A DNA stretch of 46,820 nucleotides from Rhodospirillaceae bacterium (GTDB taxonomy: Bacteria > Pseudomonadota > Alphaproteobacteria > UBA7985). The stretch is from assembly GCA_002700865.1 (NCBI GenBank), contig PAFB01000123.1, positions 1 through 46,820 of the forward strand. The letters are read 5' to 3'. Below, one piece after another: positions 45,519 to 46,820 of this stretch. A program made the translations under genes and the position numbers. The notes beneath the pieces were generated by a model, which was not told where the DNA came from, did not search any database, and saw only the letters and a program-made list of their open reading frames with translations. Within the stretch, counting starts at the first letter, position 1. Each line of letters starts with the position of its first letter.

Positions 45519-45863
45519 TTAGCCGAGTTTGGTCATGCCAGTCTGGTGGGATGCTATCTTGCCATCACGCAGACGACAGAATTCAACCGCGGCGTAAGTG
45601 CCCTCAGGCCGCGCGGTGTTAGCTGGAAATACCCAATCATATTCCATAACAAGCACCTCATCGTTTTCATAAAGAACCGATCCGCTCGCCTTGACGCCAA
45701 CGCAATTCTTTAGGGTTTCTAGGATATCTTGCTTGGAGGTTTTTGCCTGATTGGAGTTACTCCAGCCCTCGTATTCGTCATGCCAGATTTCATCAAACAT
45801 CTGCTGATCAAACCCACCTTCGATGGTTTTTTGAAAAGCCACCATCTTTTCGCCAATCGTCAT
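45519..45863 (-). CDS. NTF2/SnoaL-like small protein
   Basis: 114 aa with an alpha+beta cone-like pattern and a C-terminal ..F.R.RDGKI motif typical of SnoaL/NTF2-like proteins. The local sequence is visibly AT-richer than its neighbours. Confidence 0.5.
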   Translation of the reverse strand: MTIGEKMVAFQKTIEGGFDQQMFDEIWHDEYEGWSNSNQAKTSKQDILETLKNCVGVKASGSVLYENDEVLVMEYDWVFPANTARPEGTYAAVEFCRLRDGKIASHQTGMTKLG

Positions 45864-45937
45864 TCAACCAGTTCCTTCAGTAGTGAATTGATTACTGAAG
45901 ATTAGGTGCTTTTTGTTACCGGACTGTGATTCAACAA

Positions 45938-45970
45938 CGAAAAACGACTAGATGAATTACGTGTTTTTCG
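45938..45970 (-). terminator. Hairpin CGAAAAAC-N17-GTTTTTCG downstream of the isomerase gene
   Basis: 8-bp arms, read directly. On the minus strand it is followed by TTGTTG. Weak terminator candidate. Confidence 0.3.
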
Positions 45971-46033
45971 CGTCATTTGAAGGCATCGTCTGGGTAAGTC
46001 TTTAGCAAGCGGTGACTTGACCTGTTGGCGCCT

Positions 46034-46624
46034 TTAGCCGCGGCTGAATGTAATGGCGTCTTCCAGCCGGTCGTCGCCCCAGAACACTTCCGTCCCAACA
46101 ACAAAGGACGGCGCGCCGAACACGCCGACGGCTTTGGCCGCTTCGGTATTGGCGCGGTAGGTTGCGTCGGTTTCAGGCATGGCGGCGGCAGCGGTAATCG
46201 CTTCATAGGAATGACCAAACTGATCGCACACCAATCGAATGTTGTCGTCGCTTCCCGCTTCAACCCCGTCGAGGAACCAGGCGCGATAGGCCGCCTCAAA
46301 GTAGTCGAGGTACCAACCCTGCTGCTCAGCGACGACACCAACGTGGTTGGCGCGGTCAAAATCCTTGAGCGGATAGGGAGCTGGTACTGGTGGCACGGGC
46401 AGGTCATAGCCGCTGGCACGACGCTCGATATCCCGCCACATGTAGCGCACTTTGGCTTCCTTTTCGGGTGGAAAGGGGATGTTGTTCATCTCCCGCATGA
46501 TGGCCCGCACACTGAAAGGACGGAAACGCAAGTCGAGGCCTTCACGCTCCATCACAGAACGCAAACGCAGGGCGGTCAGAAAGGTATAGGTGCTGCCAAT
46601 GGACAGGAACGCAGTGATTTGCAT
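46034..46624 (-). CDS. DsbA-family 2-hydroxychromene-2-carboxylate isomerase-like protein
   Basis: N-terminal beta-strand F.S..S.Y.F with no CxxC, and a C-terminal GVFGAPSFVV....FWG.DRL motif characteristic of HCCA isomerase/DsbA-like family members. Confidence 0.75.
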   Translation of the reverse strand: MQITAFLSIGSTYTFLTALRLRSVMEREGLDLRFRPFSVRAIMREMNNIPFPPEKEAKVRYMWRDIERRASGYDLPVPPVPAPYPLKDFDRANHVGVVAEQQGWYLDYFEAAYRAWFLDGVEAGSDDNIRLVCDQFGHSYEAITAAAAMPETDATYRANTEAAKAVGVFGAPSFVVGTEVFWGDDRLEDAITFSRG

Positions 46625-46820
46625 GGACGTGCTCCGTCGGGCCCGAGAATTTCAGTGACTATACACTAAATTCACGCTCAATGATCCGCGCGCGCAAGAA
46701 ATGTGTCTCGCCCCACTATATCCCTGACGCCCAAAGAAGGGGCCAGCAACAGCCGGTTCCAGTCGCCGTTTCGCCTTGGGGTCCTGAAGACCTGCGGGCC
46801 TTGGCTGATCGGGACGCTGC

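Noticed and set aside
46025-46669. 214-aa plus-strand ORF and 148-aa minus-strand ORF (45973-46419)
   Set aside because: Both overlap the DsbA/HCCA-isomerase-like gene, which has clear family motifs. The competing frames have no motifs.
1-46820. CRISPR arrays, rRNA genes, IS elements, prophage genes
   Set aside because: I looked for regularly spaced direct repeats, rRNA-like conserved stretches, and transposase, integrase or capsid-like ORFs on both strands. None were found.

Overview
High-GC, densely coding chromosomal window with gene order typical of an alphaproteobacterium (tsaE-addB-addA-trxA; trpF-trpB-trpA-accD-folC). I support about 45 protein genes and one tRNA. I saw no rRNA, CRISPR array, transposase or integrase.

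Layout:
(1) 1-17.5 kb, housekeeping: dut (5' partial), a ThiF/MoeB-like gene, an SH3-like secreted protein, tsaE-addB-addA-trxA, then a minus-strand block pyrF / membrane protein / membrane-domain::TrpF fusion / trpB / trpA / accD / folC / orphan PIN-domain gene.
(2) 17.8-30.7 kb, accessory-looking: MFS transporter, small hypothetical, polysaccharide-deacetylase lipoprotein, DUF349-like helical-repeat protein, orphan ABC substrate-binding protein, a minus-strand cluster (31-aa TM peptide / XpaC-like / TelA / SPFH-GYF / double-Zn-ribbon tail-anchored protein) downstream of an SLC13/TrkA-C permease, and tRNA-Ser(GCU).
(3) 30.8-45.4 kb, a complete C-P lyase phosphonate regulon in four transcription units: phnF; phnGHIJKLM-DUF1045; phnM2-acetyltransferase-phnN; phnCDE1E2. 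Candidate Pho boxes and a PhnF operator are present.
(4) 45.5-46.8 kb: an NTF2-like gene in a lower-GC patch and a DsbA/HCCA-isomerase-family gene.

The best candidate for an under-described system is the TelA/XpaC/SPFH-GYF/Zn-ribbon module at 23978-28564. Its component families are individually known, so novelty of the combination cannot be established without database searches.

Secondary oddities: a TrpF fused to a ~270-aa polytopic membrane domain, an antitoxin-less PIN gene coupled to folC, an in-frame TAG in the signal-peptide region of the orphan SBP, and a triplicated hairpin copying a gene's 3' end.

All family assignments come from motif recognition by eye on the supplied translations, not from searches.
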